IMG/VR virus record: IMGVR_UViG_3300025141_000031
Strand: one strand, 5' to 3'
Origin: a virus
Length of the DNA: 64,000 bases
Below the pieces are notes generated by a model. The model made no database searches and had not been told where the DNA came from. It saw nothing but the letters and a program-made list of their open reading frames with translations. Made by a program: the position numbers and the translations under genes. This document shows, piece by piece, positions 9,274 to 18,613 of this stretch. The stretch's first letter is position 1, and each line of letters opens with the position of its first letter.

Positions 9274-9798
9274 TTAAAGAGATATTTTGCCTGATGTTAA
9301 TTGTATCAAGCCTCTATCTAATGAAGTAGATAATCCTGTATCAGTGATTTCGGAATCATATGATATTACTGCTTGGACATAATCATAATAAATGTCCTCT
9401 CCTGCAGCTATACTATCCATTTTTAATACAGCCTTAAGACTGTTAGCTTGAGATGCAGTCCAATCAAAACCCCATAAATCTTCACCTTCTCCCCATGTTA
9501 ATAATGTAGGACTTCCGGTATTAGTTTCATTACAAGACTTCCAGCTGGTGGTTTCTTCCCCATTCATTATAGCAAATTGCGGCATATTAACACCAGCAGA
9601 ACCATAACCATATGCATATAGTCTTATATCAGTAATAATTGCATCATGTGGAGCATCTAAAGAATCGAAAGCTAATATTATATTTTCTGATGAATCTGTA
9701 ACTGATTCATTATATACTTTATCATCTGCAGCCCATGCAATGGCTGCATTAATCTCATCATTTACTGCTCCTGTTACATATGAAGTAGATGTTGCCAT
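9274..9798 (-). CDS. Beta-rich virion-associated hypothetical protein
   Basis: Acidic beta-sandwich-like sequence (FD...P.DA.ITDI...DLWG..WT...DYVQ.VISY). Confidence 0.55.
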   Translation of the reverse strand: MATSTSYVTGAVNDEINAAIAWAADDKVYNESVTDSSENIILAFDSLDAPHDAIITDIRLYAYGYGSAGVNMPQFAIMNGEETTSWKSCNETNTGSPTLLTWGEGEDLWGFDWTASQANSLKAVLKMDSIAAGEDIYYDYVQAVISYDSEITDTGLSTSLDRGLIQLTSGKISL

Positions 9799-9800
9799 AA

Positions 9801-12314
9801 TTAACTATCAGAACTTACTTCTACAGAAATATTAAAATACACTACTCTACCCCCAGTGTCATCTTTAATCATTGTCATTAATATATCACCAGCATTTACC
9901 TCAACTGTAGTTGTTTCATTGATAGTTTTTAATTTATCATTACCTAAAGCTGTCCATGTAACTTCGTCTATTAATACTGGAGCTACATCATTATTATTAT
10001 CTTCAATTGGCCTTAATCTAACTAAAGCCAGTTTATGTTCTGCAGATGTTCCATTTGTATGAGCCCAACCTACAATTTTTGTAACAGTTCCTGTTCGAGT
10101 TACTATTTGTCCACCAGCAAAAAAGAATGTTCTAACACTCATCGCGGTAGTTATTGTAGCGTTATGATCAGCAGTATGTTCTAATGGTGCTTTGGTATCA
10201 TTCATAGTTTCAGCATACTCATAAACAGTATCAGCTGTGCTTTGATTAAAACCCATAAAATGATAATTTTGTCTATATAAATTATCAGCAACTATTGTTC
10301 CACTTCCGCTTATATTTGAACCTGTTATATTGCCTAAATTTTGTAATGAACTTGATATAGTTCCTGCAGGTGTTAATTCTCCTACTGCATATGTTGTATT
10401 TGTATCTGAAACTGTATTTGTAATTGTTACTGTTCCATCAGCTGTTGTTTCACAAGTAATTCCAGTACCTGCTGTGAACATTAAATCATCACCTTGCGTT
10501 ATGGTAGTTGCGTTACTGTCAGTCGTTGCTGATACTGTAAACCCAGACCCCATGGTGTTTGTATCGTCATAATTATCTGCATGTATTGTACCAACACTAT
10601 TAGTCCAATCTAAATGTTCATTTGCTACAAAATTAGTTGTTGCATCATGATCTATTTGGGCAGAACTACTAATGATATTTGAAGCTTCTACTCTACCAAA
10701 TGAACCTGTACCCGTTGCTATTATATTTCCACTAGCACTTATATCGCCTGATGCTGTTATATCACCTTTTATTCCATTGGTAGTTGATCCATCTGCTACA
10801 TTTAGATTACCCCAAACTTTTAAGGTTCCATGTGGTGTTGAATTTTGTGTTCCATCGGTTGTTGGCCATAAATTAGAACCACTACCTATAGCAACATGAT
10901 CTGTAAAATAGTTTAAGTTTTTATTTGATTTTCTTTGAGATGTCCAAATTTGATTTCCTATTTTATCTTTAATCTTAAATTCTACGTCATCCTGTGCATT
11001 ATTAACTATAATAGAATGAGATGTTAAAGATATATATGAATTTCCATCAATATTTAGATTAATAGTATCATCACCGATTTCCATCCATTCTTGTAAGGCT
11101 GTACCTGTACCATCCAACTTGCTTCTAAAAAATATTGATTCATTATTACTGGAAGGTGTTATTGCTGAACCAGGGGCCATTACTAGCCCAGTTGAATAAA
11201 GCTTTCCACTTGCACTTATATTACCTGATGATGTTATATCTCCAAATAATACATTACTTGAAGTTACTGCAAAACTTCCAGTTTGTGTTTCTAATATATA
11301 AGAACCTGTTGTGGCTAATATTCCTTGTACATCTGAACCACTTGCGAATGAACCTGTTTGAGAATTTACAACAAATGAACCAGTATCTACTTGTAAAACA
11401 TATCCCGATAAATCTTGATCTCCTGTATTAGTACCACTTAAATTAGAACCTCCTATTGTTCCACTTGCACTTATATTTCCTGATGCTGTTATATTACCAC
11501 TTGCACTTATATCATTTGCGTTAATATATCCATTTACATTAAGTCCGGTTGATTTTGTTGTATCACCTTTTAATACATGAAATGAACCTGAATTTGCTGT
11601 AACTTGGTTTGATTGTATTGTTCCACTTGCACTTATATCATTTGATGCTGTTATTGCACCTATAAATGAGGATTGTCCTGTAAGAGTATGTTTGTTTGTT
11701 GATACATTCCCTAATATTGCTCTTCCATCGACTCGTAAATCTCCACCAGCTACATGTAATCTTTTTTGTGGTATAGATGTTCCAATTCCTAATTTATCAG
11801 ACAACAATCTCATTCTTTCAGTACCCGATATTGAGAATATAGTACCTCCACTTGATGGGCCATTAAGATATGTAGTTGTACTTGTTGAACCTAAGGCATG
11901 ACTTGCAAGATCATTTGATCTTCCTAGAGTGGATACAGCACCAATATTTCCTATATTCCATGTATATCCATTACTAGTAATTTTAACGGGACTCCCATTT
12001 CCCCCCTTTAAATGTAAACTACCTGTAAATTTATGTGTATCATTTGTATCATCACCAAATTTGGTTGTTCCTGAGGCTGTTATATTAGTAACTGCTATTG
12101 AAGGTGTTCCGTATAAACTATTTGCATATGAAGATGTTTCTGCATAAGATGATGAAGTCTCATAATTTACTTCAGTAATTGCATATGAAGCAGTCATCTT
12201 TAATGTTGGAACTAACGATCCAGTTCCATCGTATACTACTCCATCGTCACCGACAGTTAATACTCGTTTATAAGTATCCTGAATATTTTGGCCTGTTAAG
12301 TCTGGTAAAGCCAT
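9801..12314 (-). CDS. Fibre/whisker-like virion protein with G(N/D)I(T/S)ASG repeats
   Basis: MALPDLTGQNIQDTYKR N-terminus; many ITASGNISASG and TGSF repeats; ERMRL...LGIGTSIP..RLHV fibre motif. Confidence 0.7.
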   Translation of the reverse strand: MALPDLTGQNIQDTYKRVLTVGDDGVVYDGTGSLVPTLKMTASYAITEVNYETSSSYAETSSYANSLYGTPSIAVTNITASGTTKFGDDTNDTHKFTGSLHLKGGNGSPVKITSNGYTWNIGNIGAVSTLGRSNDLASHALGSTSTTTYLNGPSSGGTIFSISGTERMRLLSDKLGIGTSIPQKRLHVAGGDLRVDGRAILGNVSTNKHTLTGQSSFIGAITASNDISASGTIQSNQVTANSGSFHVLKGDTTKSTGLNVNGYINANDISASGNITASGNISASGTIGGSNLSGTNTGDQDLSGYVLQVDTGSFVVNSQTGSFASGSDVQGILATTGSYILETQTGSFAVTSSNVLFGDITSSGNISASGKLYSTGLVMAPGSAITPSSNNESIFFRSKLDGTGTALQEWMEIGDDTINLNIDGNSYISLTSHSIIVNNAQDDVEFKIKDKIGNQIWTSQRKSNKNLNYFTDHVAIGSGSNLWPTTDGTQNSTPHGTLKVWGNLNVADGSTTNGIKGDITASGDISASGNIIATGTGSFGRVEASNIISSSAQIDHDATTNFVANEHLDWTNSVGTIHADNYDDTNTMGSGFTVSATTDSNATTITQGDDLMFTAGTGITCETTADGTVTITNTVSDTNTTYAVGELTPAGTISSSLQNLGNITGSNISGSGTIVADNLYRQNYHFMGFNQSTADTVYEYAETMNDTKAPLEHTADHNATITTAMSVRTFFFAGGQIVTRTGTVTKIVGWAHTNGTSAEHKLALVRLRPIEDNNNDVAPVLIDEVTWTALGNDKLKTINETTTVEVNAGDILMTMIKDDTGGRVVYFNISVEVSSDS
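11206..11638 (-). repeat. Four identical 16-nt repeats (+ strand ccacttgcacttatat at about 11206, 11461, 11497, 11623)
   Basis: Read directly; they encode ISASG. A one-mismatch copy is at 10729. Confidence 0.85.
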
Positions 12315-12323
12315 TTATAACCC

Positions 12324-12911
12324 CTATTTTGTTTTTGCTAATACGTTCAATACTCCGTTAATAACTTTCGATTTTGACGATTCATTTATTGGTTTGAATT
12401 GAGTATATGTAGCTATAACCTTATTTAATTTATCTTTCTTAATTGAAAGATTTTTTATATTAACATTTTCATGAATTAATAATTTCATTATATTTAATAT
12501 ATGTACTTTTTCTGCTTCCGTAATTGTTGGTTTTCTATGTTGTTTAACTTTTATAACTTGTACTTTTGGTCCTCTTGTTTCTACAATCGGCGTTTTAGTA
12601 GATTGTGATTTTATCTCTACAGTTACCTTTTTACTTGCTTGTACCTCAAATGTAGTTTCCCATGGAGTGAAGAATGTATCTTCTGCAATTACTTCTAATT
12701 TAATATTTCCTTTATTATTTTCATCAATAAGTCCTTTAAGTTTTTTAATCGGAACTTTACATTTTCCATCTGAACTAATAGATCCATTAAACATTAAACT
12801 ATAATCATTAGTTTCTACTACTAATCTTGCATTTGAATTAGAAAGACTTGCTCCTTCTATTTTTATATCACATTCAAATAATTCTGCTTTATCTGTAAAT
12901 AATTTATACAT
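12324..12911 (-). CDS. Hypothetical virion protein (beta N-domain, helical C-domain)
   Basis: Clean ORF with SD GGAG; IVE/ITE/INE motifs. Confidence 0.65.
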   Translation of the reverse strand: MYKLFTDKAELFECDIKIEGASLSNSNARLVVETNDYSLMFNGSISSDGKCKVPIKKLKGLIDENNKGNIKLEVIAEDTFFTPWETTFEVQASKKVTVEIKSQSTKTPIVETRGPKVQVIKVKQHRKPTITEAEKVHILNIMKLLIHENVNIKNLSIKKDKLNKVIATYTQFKPINESSKSKVINGVLNVLAKTK

Positions 12912-12912
12912 T

Positions 12913-13071
12913 TTATTTCTCCATCCAACTATATGGTACTATTTTATTTAATTTCTTTTTACGTTTATCACATCCACAATCTTCACCTATAACTTTTTTT
13001 ACAACTTTTTTGATTCCGGTTGCTTTAGTTATACGTTCAATCGTATCTCCTAAACCTTTATCTTTTTTCAT
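12913..13071 (-). CDS. Small basic CGC-motif protein (52 aa; missed by the ORF track)
   Basis: Translates as MKKDKGLGDTIERITKATGIKKVVKKVIGEDCGCDKRKKKLNKIVPYSWMEK. ATGA overlap with the upstream gene; its 3' end carries the SD of the next gene. Confidence 0.8.
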   Translation of the reverse strand: MKKDKGLGDTIERITKATGIKKVVKKVIGEDCGCDKRKKKLNKIVPYSWMEK

Positions 13072-13394
13072 ACTTGTATATTTTCCACTTGTAATTTAAC
13101 CGATGATTCTTCGATTATAGTTTTTATTTCATTTATATGAACATTAATATTCTTTACTTCTTTAGATTCGTTATAAATTGTTATTCCTTTACGTTTCATA
13201 ATTAATCTAATAAGTTTCTTTTTCTTCTCAGGATCTAATGCTTCTACTGCTGGTTGAACTAATCCTCCTGAAATTGCTACTGCTACTAGTTCTTGAACTA
13301 CAGACCAAGTATACCTATCTGCTGTACTATCAGTTGGGGCTAAATTCCATTTAAAATCTGCATTTTCCCACTTTATTTTATCTCCTAAAGCCAT
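13068..13394 (-). CDS. Hypothetical protein, probably leaderless
   Basis: ATG lies 5 nt after the ATATTTAT motif; no SD. Confidence 0.65.
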   Translation of the reverse strand: MALGDKIKWENADFKWNLAPTDSTADRYTWSVVQELVAVAISGGLVQPAVEALDPEKKKKLIRLIMKRKGITIYNESKEVKNINVHINEIKTIIEESSVKLQVENIQV

Positions 13395-13417
13395 TTAATA
13401 TAAATATGGATAAACGT

Positions 13418-13445
13418 AAGAAAGGTGCCTAAAAAGGCACCCTTC
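13418..13445 (-). terminator. Intrinsic terminator after the major capsid gene
   Basis: GAAGGGTGCCT-TTTT-AGGCACCTTTCTT. Confidence 0.75.
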
Positions 13446-13485
13446 AAACAATAAATCCTAATAAAATTAGTTATTTAACCAATTC

Positions 13486-15159
13486 TTATATAGTATCTAA
13501 TCCATCTACATGAATTTTACCATAGAATTCTGGTCTTACCATTTTCTTAGCATATCTAGTCATTACACCTTTTCTTGGAGTGAATGATGCTGGATCGTAT
13601 ACTAATGGAGTCATGATAAGTGGAATATATGGTGCATAAACTGCTCCAGTTTCAAGGAATTGAGCTCCTCTATATCCCATTAATATAGTATTCTCAGTCA
13701 TATAAGGATTCTTATAAACTTGGAATCTATTATTAATAGCACCAACTTTTTGTACACCCATTGCAAATTGCATTTTGTCACCATCTGTATCAGCTGCATA
13801 TCCTGGGATTGATTCTAGGATAGTTGCTACAGTTGGAGAACATACTAGGAAGTTTGCTCCACCTCTTAAAGTTAATTGGTGAATTTTGTTCGAAACTTTT
13901 TGTACTTTTGTACCTAAAGTTTGGAACCATGTACCTTGGTTGTAAGCTGCAGAATTACCTGCTGTATTAGCGAATACTGTAGTTGCAGAATTGTACTCAT
14001 ATCCTAGTCTTGCAGACCAGTAATCAGTTGTTTGAGCATTTTGCATTAACATATCTAATAATTCTAAATCAATTTCTTGCGAAACGTATTCAGATAACAT
14101 ACTAGTTAATTCAGCTTCAGCATCAATTGAATGATAAGCATTCAAGTCTTGAGCAAATTCTGGAGTCCAGATTGCTTTTAACTTTCTTGTCTTAGCAACA
14201 ATTGCCTCAGATCTCATCTCCAAGTTAATTTCTGGAATATCTAAAGTAGATACACTAGTATTAGTTGGAGCTGAAGTATCTTCAAAGTCACCTCTTGAAG
14301 TATCACCTGGTTGTTTTTGATAAGTAACTACCGCATTCTGAATAGCTGGAGTTGCAGCTGCTGCTTTTACAACAAATGTTACTGTCGGAGTTGTACTAGT
14401 TTCATCATCTACAGTAGTAAACTGTGGATAATAAGTACTAATTCCTGAACCAGAAACTTGATAAGCTCTTACACCATTTGTATCTGCTAAATCTGAAGCT
14501 CCAAATTTCCAAGCAAGAGTTTGAATCTGACCGTGTAATACAGAAGCGGCTGCTAATGATGCAGAAAATTCTGCGTCATGGTTTGTTCCAGCTTCAAATG
14601 TAGTTTGACTAGCATAAGAAGAAGTTACAATGTTAGTTCCAGCAGTACCAGCACCATTTACTAACGTACTAGTTGATGTTTCATTGATAGAATATCCGAA
14701 TCTACCTGCACCATAAAGACCTTCAGTAGCTACTGTGCCACCTTTATTGTCATCTGTTACACCGAATACGGAATCATTTTGTGAATCTTTACCAGAGTTT
14801 GTAGTAAATCCTGGTTGTGCAGTACCATACTTGAAATCTAAGAAGAATACAAGTCCAGATGGTAAGTTCATTGGTTGAACGCTTACAAAATCCTTTGCAG
14901 CGATCTCAGCAAAAATTCTTCTAACTAATGGTAGAGCTACCCCTGACCATTCTTCAGAATTTGCACTAGTTCCAGTTGCGTTAGCTTCTGATACTAATTG
15001 TTTTGCTTGGTTTTCCAATAGAACTGCCATTCCTGACTTTTCATATTCTTTACCTAAACCTTCAAGGAGTCCTGTTCTTTCCCATTTTCTAACTAAACCT
15101 GCAGTAGCAGCTTTTGACTTAGCAACGGAATCATTTGGCATTAATGAATTTATATCCAT
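13486..15159 (-). CDS. gp23: Major capsid protein (T4 gp23-like)
   Basis: LPLVRR...VQPMNLPSGLVF; AKTRKLKA.WTPEFAQDLNAYH.IDAEAEL; YAPYIPL; F.P.KG.MTRY. Confidence 0.97.
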   Translation of the reverse strand: MDINSLMPNDSVAKSKAATAGLVRKWERTGLLEGLGKEYEKSGMAVLLENQAKQLVSEANATGTSANSEEWSGVALPLVRRIFAEIAAKDFVSVQPMNLPSGLVFFLDFKYGTAQPGFTTNSGKDSQNDSVFGVTDDNKGGTVATEGLYGAGRFGYSINETSTSTLVNGAGTAGTNIVTSSYASQTTFEAGTNHDAEFSASLAAASVLHGQIQTLAWKFGASDLADTNGVRAYQVSGSGISTYYPQFTTVDDETSTTPTVTFVVKAAAATPAIQNAVVTYQKQPGDTSRGDFEDTSAPTNTSVSTLDIPEINLEMRSEAIVAKTRKLKAIWTPEFAQDLNAYHSIDAEAELTSMLSEYVSQEIDLELLDMLMQNAQTTDYWSARLGYEYNSATTVFANTAGNSAAYNQGTWFQTLGTKVQKVSNKIHQLTLRGGANFLVCSPTVATILESIPGYAADTDGDKMQFAMGVQKVGAINNRFQVYKNPYMTENTILMGYRGAQFLETGAVYAPYIPLIMTPLVYDPASFTPRKGVMTRYAKKMVRPEFYGKIHVDGLDTI

Positions 15160-15180
15160 TTTTTGTCTCCCTTTTTAATC

Positions 15181-16233
15181 TTAAATAAGTCCAGCTAATT
15201 TCTTAAATCTATTAGCAACCGTAGATCCTTCAGAGATTACTCTTCTGGACGGTCTTGTAGATCTAGAAGCTTTACTTGCATAAGATTCTTTGATTGTTTT
15301 TCTTTTCTTTCCACCATTTAATCTAAATGATTCAGATAATGTAGCAAATACTAATTTAACTTCTCTCAATGTTTGAGCTCTGTCAAAGTTTTCAATTACT
15401 TTCATTTTCTGACTTTCATTTAATGAATGGTTTCTAAATAATTTGTTTGAGAATAATAATTTAGCATTTAAAAGATTTACTTCATTTAATTTAGATTTCA
15501 TAAATCTAATTACTTTATAAGCTTCTTCAAGGTCCTTAGCTGCATCACCGTCATCAACACCTGCTGTGTCGTTTTCTTCTACTGGTGCTGCTTCTTCATC
15601 GCCTTCTTCTTCTCTTAAAGCATTAATAATTTCTTCTAAGTCAACATCCTCACCTTCACCTTCAGCTACAGTTTCTTCTTCGTCGCCTTCAGTTTCAGAT
15701 AATTTGCCTTTGCCTGGATCTTCTTCATCTTTAGCAGTTGCTGGTTTCATTTTGTTGTCTCCAGTTCCTACACCAGTTGAATTAGATTGTTCAGTTACTT
15801 CTTCATCTTCGTCTTCAGTAACTTCTTCTTCTTCTCCTTCAAGCTCTCGTAAGATTGCTTCAAGTTCAAGATCCTCTTCCTCTTCTGCAACCGGTTCTTC
15901 AACTGGTGCTTCTTCAGGTGCTGGGGCAGCCATCATTTCTTCGTCTTCAGTAACTTCTTCCTCACCATATTCGCCTTCGTTTTCTGCTACTGGTTCATCC
16001 ATTGCAGGTTCCTCTACAGGAACTTCTTCTGCTGCTGGTTCATCCATTGGCATCATTTCTTCGTCTTCGGCTACTGGTTCGTCTTCCATTCCTTCTTCTT
16101 CAGATAATTTTGCTGATAACATAGATTGAAGTCTAGGTGTAAATGCTTCTTCTAATGCTAGTTTTGCATTAGCAAGTGCAGTTTCTCGTACGGCTTTCGC
16201 GTCTGCAATTGCTTCTTTCAATAATTTGTTCAT
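15181..16233 (-). CDS. Prohead scaffold/core protein (gp22-like)
   Basis: Very acidic with many (V/L/I)xE motifs; ends RFKKLAGLI; directly upstream of the capsid gene. Confidence 0.8.
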   Translation of the reverse strand: MNKLLKEAIADAKAVRETALANAKLALEEAFTPRLQSMLSAKLSEEEGMEDEPVAEDEEMMPMDEPAAEEVPVEEPAMDEPVAENEGEYGEEEVTEDEEMMAAPAPEEAPVEEPVAEEEEDLELEAILRELEGEEEEVTEDEDEEVTEQSNSTGVGTGDNKMKPATAKDEEDPGKGKLSETEGDEEETVAEGEGEDVDLEEIINALREEEGDEEAAPVEENDTAGVDDGDAAKDLEEAYKVIRFMKSKLNEVNLLNAKLLFSNKLFRNHSLNESQKMKVIENFDRAQTLREVKLVFATLSESFRLNGGKKRKTIKESYASKASRSTRPSRRVISEGSTVANRFKKLAGLI

Positions 16234-16265
16234 TGAATTTCTCCTTTAATAAAATTTTTCGGAAA

Positions 16266-16334
16266 TATAGTTATTAGGAACTATAATGTGAATTGTTTGT
16301 TAATAGTCAGTGACGGTAATATTAGAAATACCGT
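16266..16334 (-). promoter_or_regulatory. Two hairpins with matching YCUAAU loops in the scaffold-capsid leader
   Basis: ACGGTA-TT-TCTAAT-AT-TACCGT (16313-16334) and TATAGTT-CCTAAT-AACTATA (16266-16285), between the late motif and the SD. Confidence 0.5.
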
Positions 16335-16435
16335 ATGTTTAATCATTAATAAATATATAGAATTATATGTAAAAACCCCACACATATAAGAAAAGTTTTT
16401 ATTAAATAAAAAATCGGTTGTAAAGAGAGGTTATT

Positions 16436-16708
16436 CTATTCTTCTTGAGAATTTATTTGCTGAAAATATTTGGCGTTTTCCATTTGTACACGCCTTTTCG
16501 CAGATTTTTTTATGAAATATCTTCTTTCTCTAAGCTCTTGTAAAGTTTCTGCATCTTTAAGGCCTTGTTTCCAAAAACGGATTGCAAATCCTATATCACT
16601 TACGGTTTTAGTTTTGCCATTTTTATCTGTGAATTTAGATGTAACGACTGACGCACCTAATGGTGCACCTGGTATATGTGACTGCCAAATTTTGTGTTTT
16701 TTGTTCAT
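16436..16708 (-). CDS. rpsU: Phage-encoded 30S ribosomal protein bS21
   Basis: DIGFAIRFWKQGLKDAETLQELRERRYFIKKSAKRR matches the bS21 core (I..AL..FK......G...ELR.R..F.KPS..RR); location next to head genes. Confidence 0.8.
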   Translation of the reverse strand: MNKKHKIWQSHIPGAPLGASVVTSKFTDKNGKTKTVSDIGFAIRFWKQGLKDAETLQELRERRYFIKKSAKRRVQMENAKYFQQINSQEE

Positions 16709-16737
16709 GTAATTATTTTATGATTATAACTATTATT

Positions 16738-16768
16738 AATATAAAGAAAATTTTTCAAAGTACCAAAT
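16738..16768 (-). promoter_or_regulatory. 31-nt host-type (class II) promoter upstream of bS21
   Basis: ATTTGGTACTTTGAAAAATTTTCTTTATATT; ungapped match to three other copies. Confidence 0.7.
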
Positions 16769-17323
16769 TTATCTGTACTTTCTTTCTTCTATGTTAATAT
16801 CGGTATTTTTAGCCAATTTAGAGATTTTATTGTGATTCATTTTTTTGAATGCTTTTGCTGATATATTAAGATCTTCTTCTACTTCTTCTTCTTCTTTTAA
16901 AGCTTCATTTATCTTATAATATTTATTCAATGTTCCGCCCATATCTTCATATGCAGATTCTAACCTTTGTTGTAATGTTTGAACTTCATTAGCTGTTTTT
17001 GAAAATACTTTATAAGCTTCTTTTAATTGCTTCATATGACGGGATGTAGTAACATTATCAAACCAATGTTCTGATTCTTGTAATGTAAGAGCTTCAGCTA
17101 CTTTAACTATCTCACCTAATTGTTCTGTAATTTCTCTTAAGGATTCATTTCTATATATAGATTCACCCATTGAATGATAATTACCAACTGCTTCAGTAAA
17201 AGATTTTTTTTGTTCAGATGTAATTCCTGTTTCTTCTTCTTCACCAAAGTTTTCTGATAGATATTTAGATTTTTTCATTATCATTGATAATAATGCATTT
17301 TCGTATTTACTTTTCTTTGCCAT
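16769..17323 (-). CDS. Helical head-associated hypothetical protein
   Basis: In the head cluster; YLSE, INE, LKE motifs. Confidence 0.65.
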   Translation of the reverse strand: MAKKSKYENALLSMIMKKSKYLSENFGEEEETGITSEQKKSFTEAVGNYHSMGESIYRNESLREITEQLGEIVKVAEALTLQESEHWFDNVTTSRHMKQLKEAYKVFSKTANEVQTLQQRLESAYEDMGGTLNKYYKINEALKEEEEVEEDLNISAKAFKKMNHNKISKLAKNTDINIEERKYR

Positions 17324-17730
17324 TATAAGTTCCCTTTTTGTCTTTCTAAATATTTTTGAAGATCTTCTAATCCTTTTTGAGAACTATTAATATATCTAGA
17401 TATTTGTTTTTCAGCTGTTTCATATTGATAATCACCTGTCTCATCAGCTTTCATTTCTATGTTAGTTCCTAATTCTTGATGAAACTCATCTATAGACGTT
17501 AATAATGTATTTATTTGATCTGAGTAATATTCAATATCAAATGGTTCTGGTCCTTCTGGATATTGTCTATCTACTACACCAGCTGCTTGCTTTTCTGCTG
17601 CAGTTCTCATTCTTGGAAAAGCTCGGCTCATTGGAGCTTCTAATAATGAATCTCCTGTCTTTAATGTATTAACTTTTGCAAAAGCTTGTCTACCTTCAAA
17701 TAATCTTTGATATTGTTTTTTTAAGTTCAT
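17323..17730 (-). CDS. Hypothetical protein, putative internal head protein (start revised to 17730)
   Basis: MNLKKQYQRLFEG...SLLEA; the ATG lies just after the upstream stop. Confidence 0.6.
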   Translation of the reverse strand: MNLKKQYQRLFEGRQAFAKVNTLKTGDSLLEAPMSRAFPRMRTAAEKQAAGVVDRQYPEGPEPFDIEYYSDQINTLLTSIDEFHQELGTNIEMKADETGDYQYETAEKQISRYINSSQKGLEDLQKYLERQKGNL

Positions 17731-17731
17731 T

Positions 17732-17998
17732 TTAGTACTCCACTGAGTCAATATATAATGTAGGCTTACCATTAGCCATTCCAAATAAAGATCCTGCTGA
17801 AACTCCTTCTAATCCTAAATTCTTTGCTCCTTCAAATGCAAGTGTATCTTTTGGTCTAGTTACTGAGTATTTAGAAGCATTATTTGCTCCTAAGCCTTCT
17901 AATCCAGTATTCTTTTTTCCTTCTCCAGCTAATACATCTGATTGAGGTGTTGTTTTGGTTGGTCCAAATATTGATTCCATATCTTTTAACATTGCCAT
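17732..17998 (-). CDS. Small protein with an internal duplication
   Basis: DVLAGEGKKNTGLEGL / DTLAFEGAKNLGLEGV; SD AAGGAG. Confidence 0.6.
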   Translation of the reverse strand: MAMLKDMESIFGPTKTTPQSDVLAGEGKKNTGLEGLGANNASKYSVTRPKDTLAFEGAKNLGLEGVSAGSLFGMANGKPTLYIDSVEY

Positions 17999-18000
17999 GA

Positions 18001-18603
18001 TTAAAACTCCTTAATTATATCGGTTATTAATTTATTAACATTTCCATACTTATCTGCCTTAGGATTTTTTCCTTCATTAACTGGCGATAAAAATGCTCCA
18101 TGTGTTGATGGATTAGAAACAAAGTCAAATGCAATTAATTCAAAATCAGGTTGTACTTCTAATGTATTATCTCCTTCGCCCATTACTTCTTTTACTGATC
18201 CCATTCCTCTTGAGCTAATACCTAATCTAATTCCTGATTTGAAAAGTTCTTTTAATATATTACCTGCTGGTGTTCCTAAAACTTCTACAGTACCACATAA
18301 GTCATCACCCTTCCAACTCATACCTAAAACATTATGAGATACATTATTTAAATTCACTACTGATGAATCTGGATGGTCTAATTCTCCTAATGCTCTTTTT
18401 TCTGCAATAAATGAACCTTCATATTTCTTAGCTTCTCTCATTAGAGTTTCTCTAGGATATACTCGTCCATTTTGGTTTTTTGATTCGGCTCTTTGAAGAA
18501 CTCCTGATACAATTAATTTTCCACCATTCTTTGAAAGACTTTCAGTTATTTGTTGAGGAGTTATCTCAAATGTTTGATAATTAACTAATAATTGTTTTTC
18601 CAT
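18001..18603 (-). CDS. gp21: Prohead maturation protease (T4 gp21-like)
   Basis: NQNGRVYP, ALGELDHP, VSH, GISSRGMGS, DFVSNPSTHGA. Confidence 0.95.
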   Translation of the reverse strand: MEKQLLVNYQTFEITPQQITESLSKNGGKLIVSGVLQRAESKNQNGRVYPRETLMREAKKYEGSFIAEKRALGELDHPDSSVVNLNNVSHNVLGMSWKGDDLCGTVEVLGTPAGNILKELFKSGIRLGISSRGMGSVKEVMGEGDNTLEVQPDFELIAFDFVSNPSTHGAFLSPVNEGKNPKADKYGNVNKLITDIIKEF

Positions 18604-18613
18604 TTCTCGACTC

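Noticed and set aside
15566-16129. Ser-rich + strand ORF, and all other + strand ORFs in the track
   Set aside because: They are antisense shadows of minus-strand genes (Glu codons read as Ser on the other strand) with no recognisable motifs.
16363-16389. AT-rich inverted repeat TTATATGT...ACATATAA after bS21
   Set aside because: It could be a terminator, but the stem is weak, the loop is large and there is no proper U tract.
16420-16435. Anti-SD-like AACCTCTCTTT just after the bS21 stop
   Set aside because: Pairing with the downstream scaffold SD is only about 6 bp or needs a bulge; too weak to claim.
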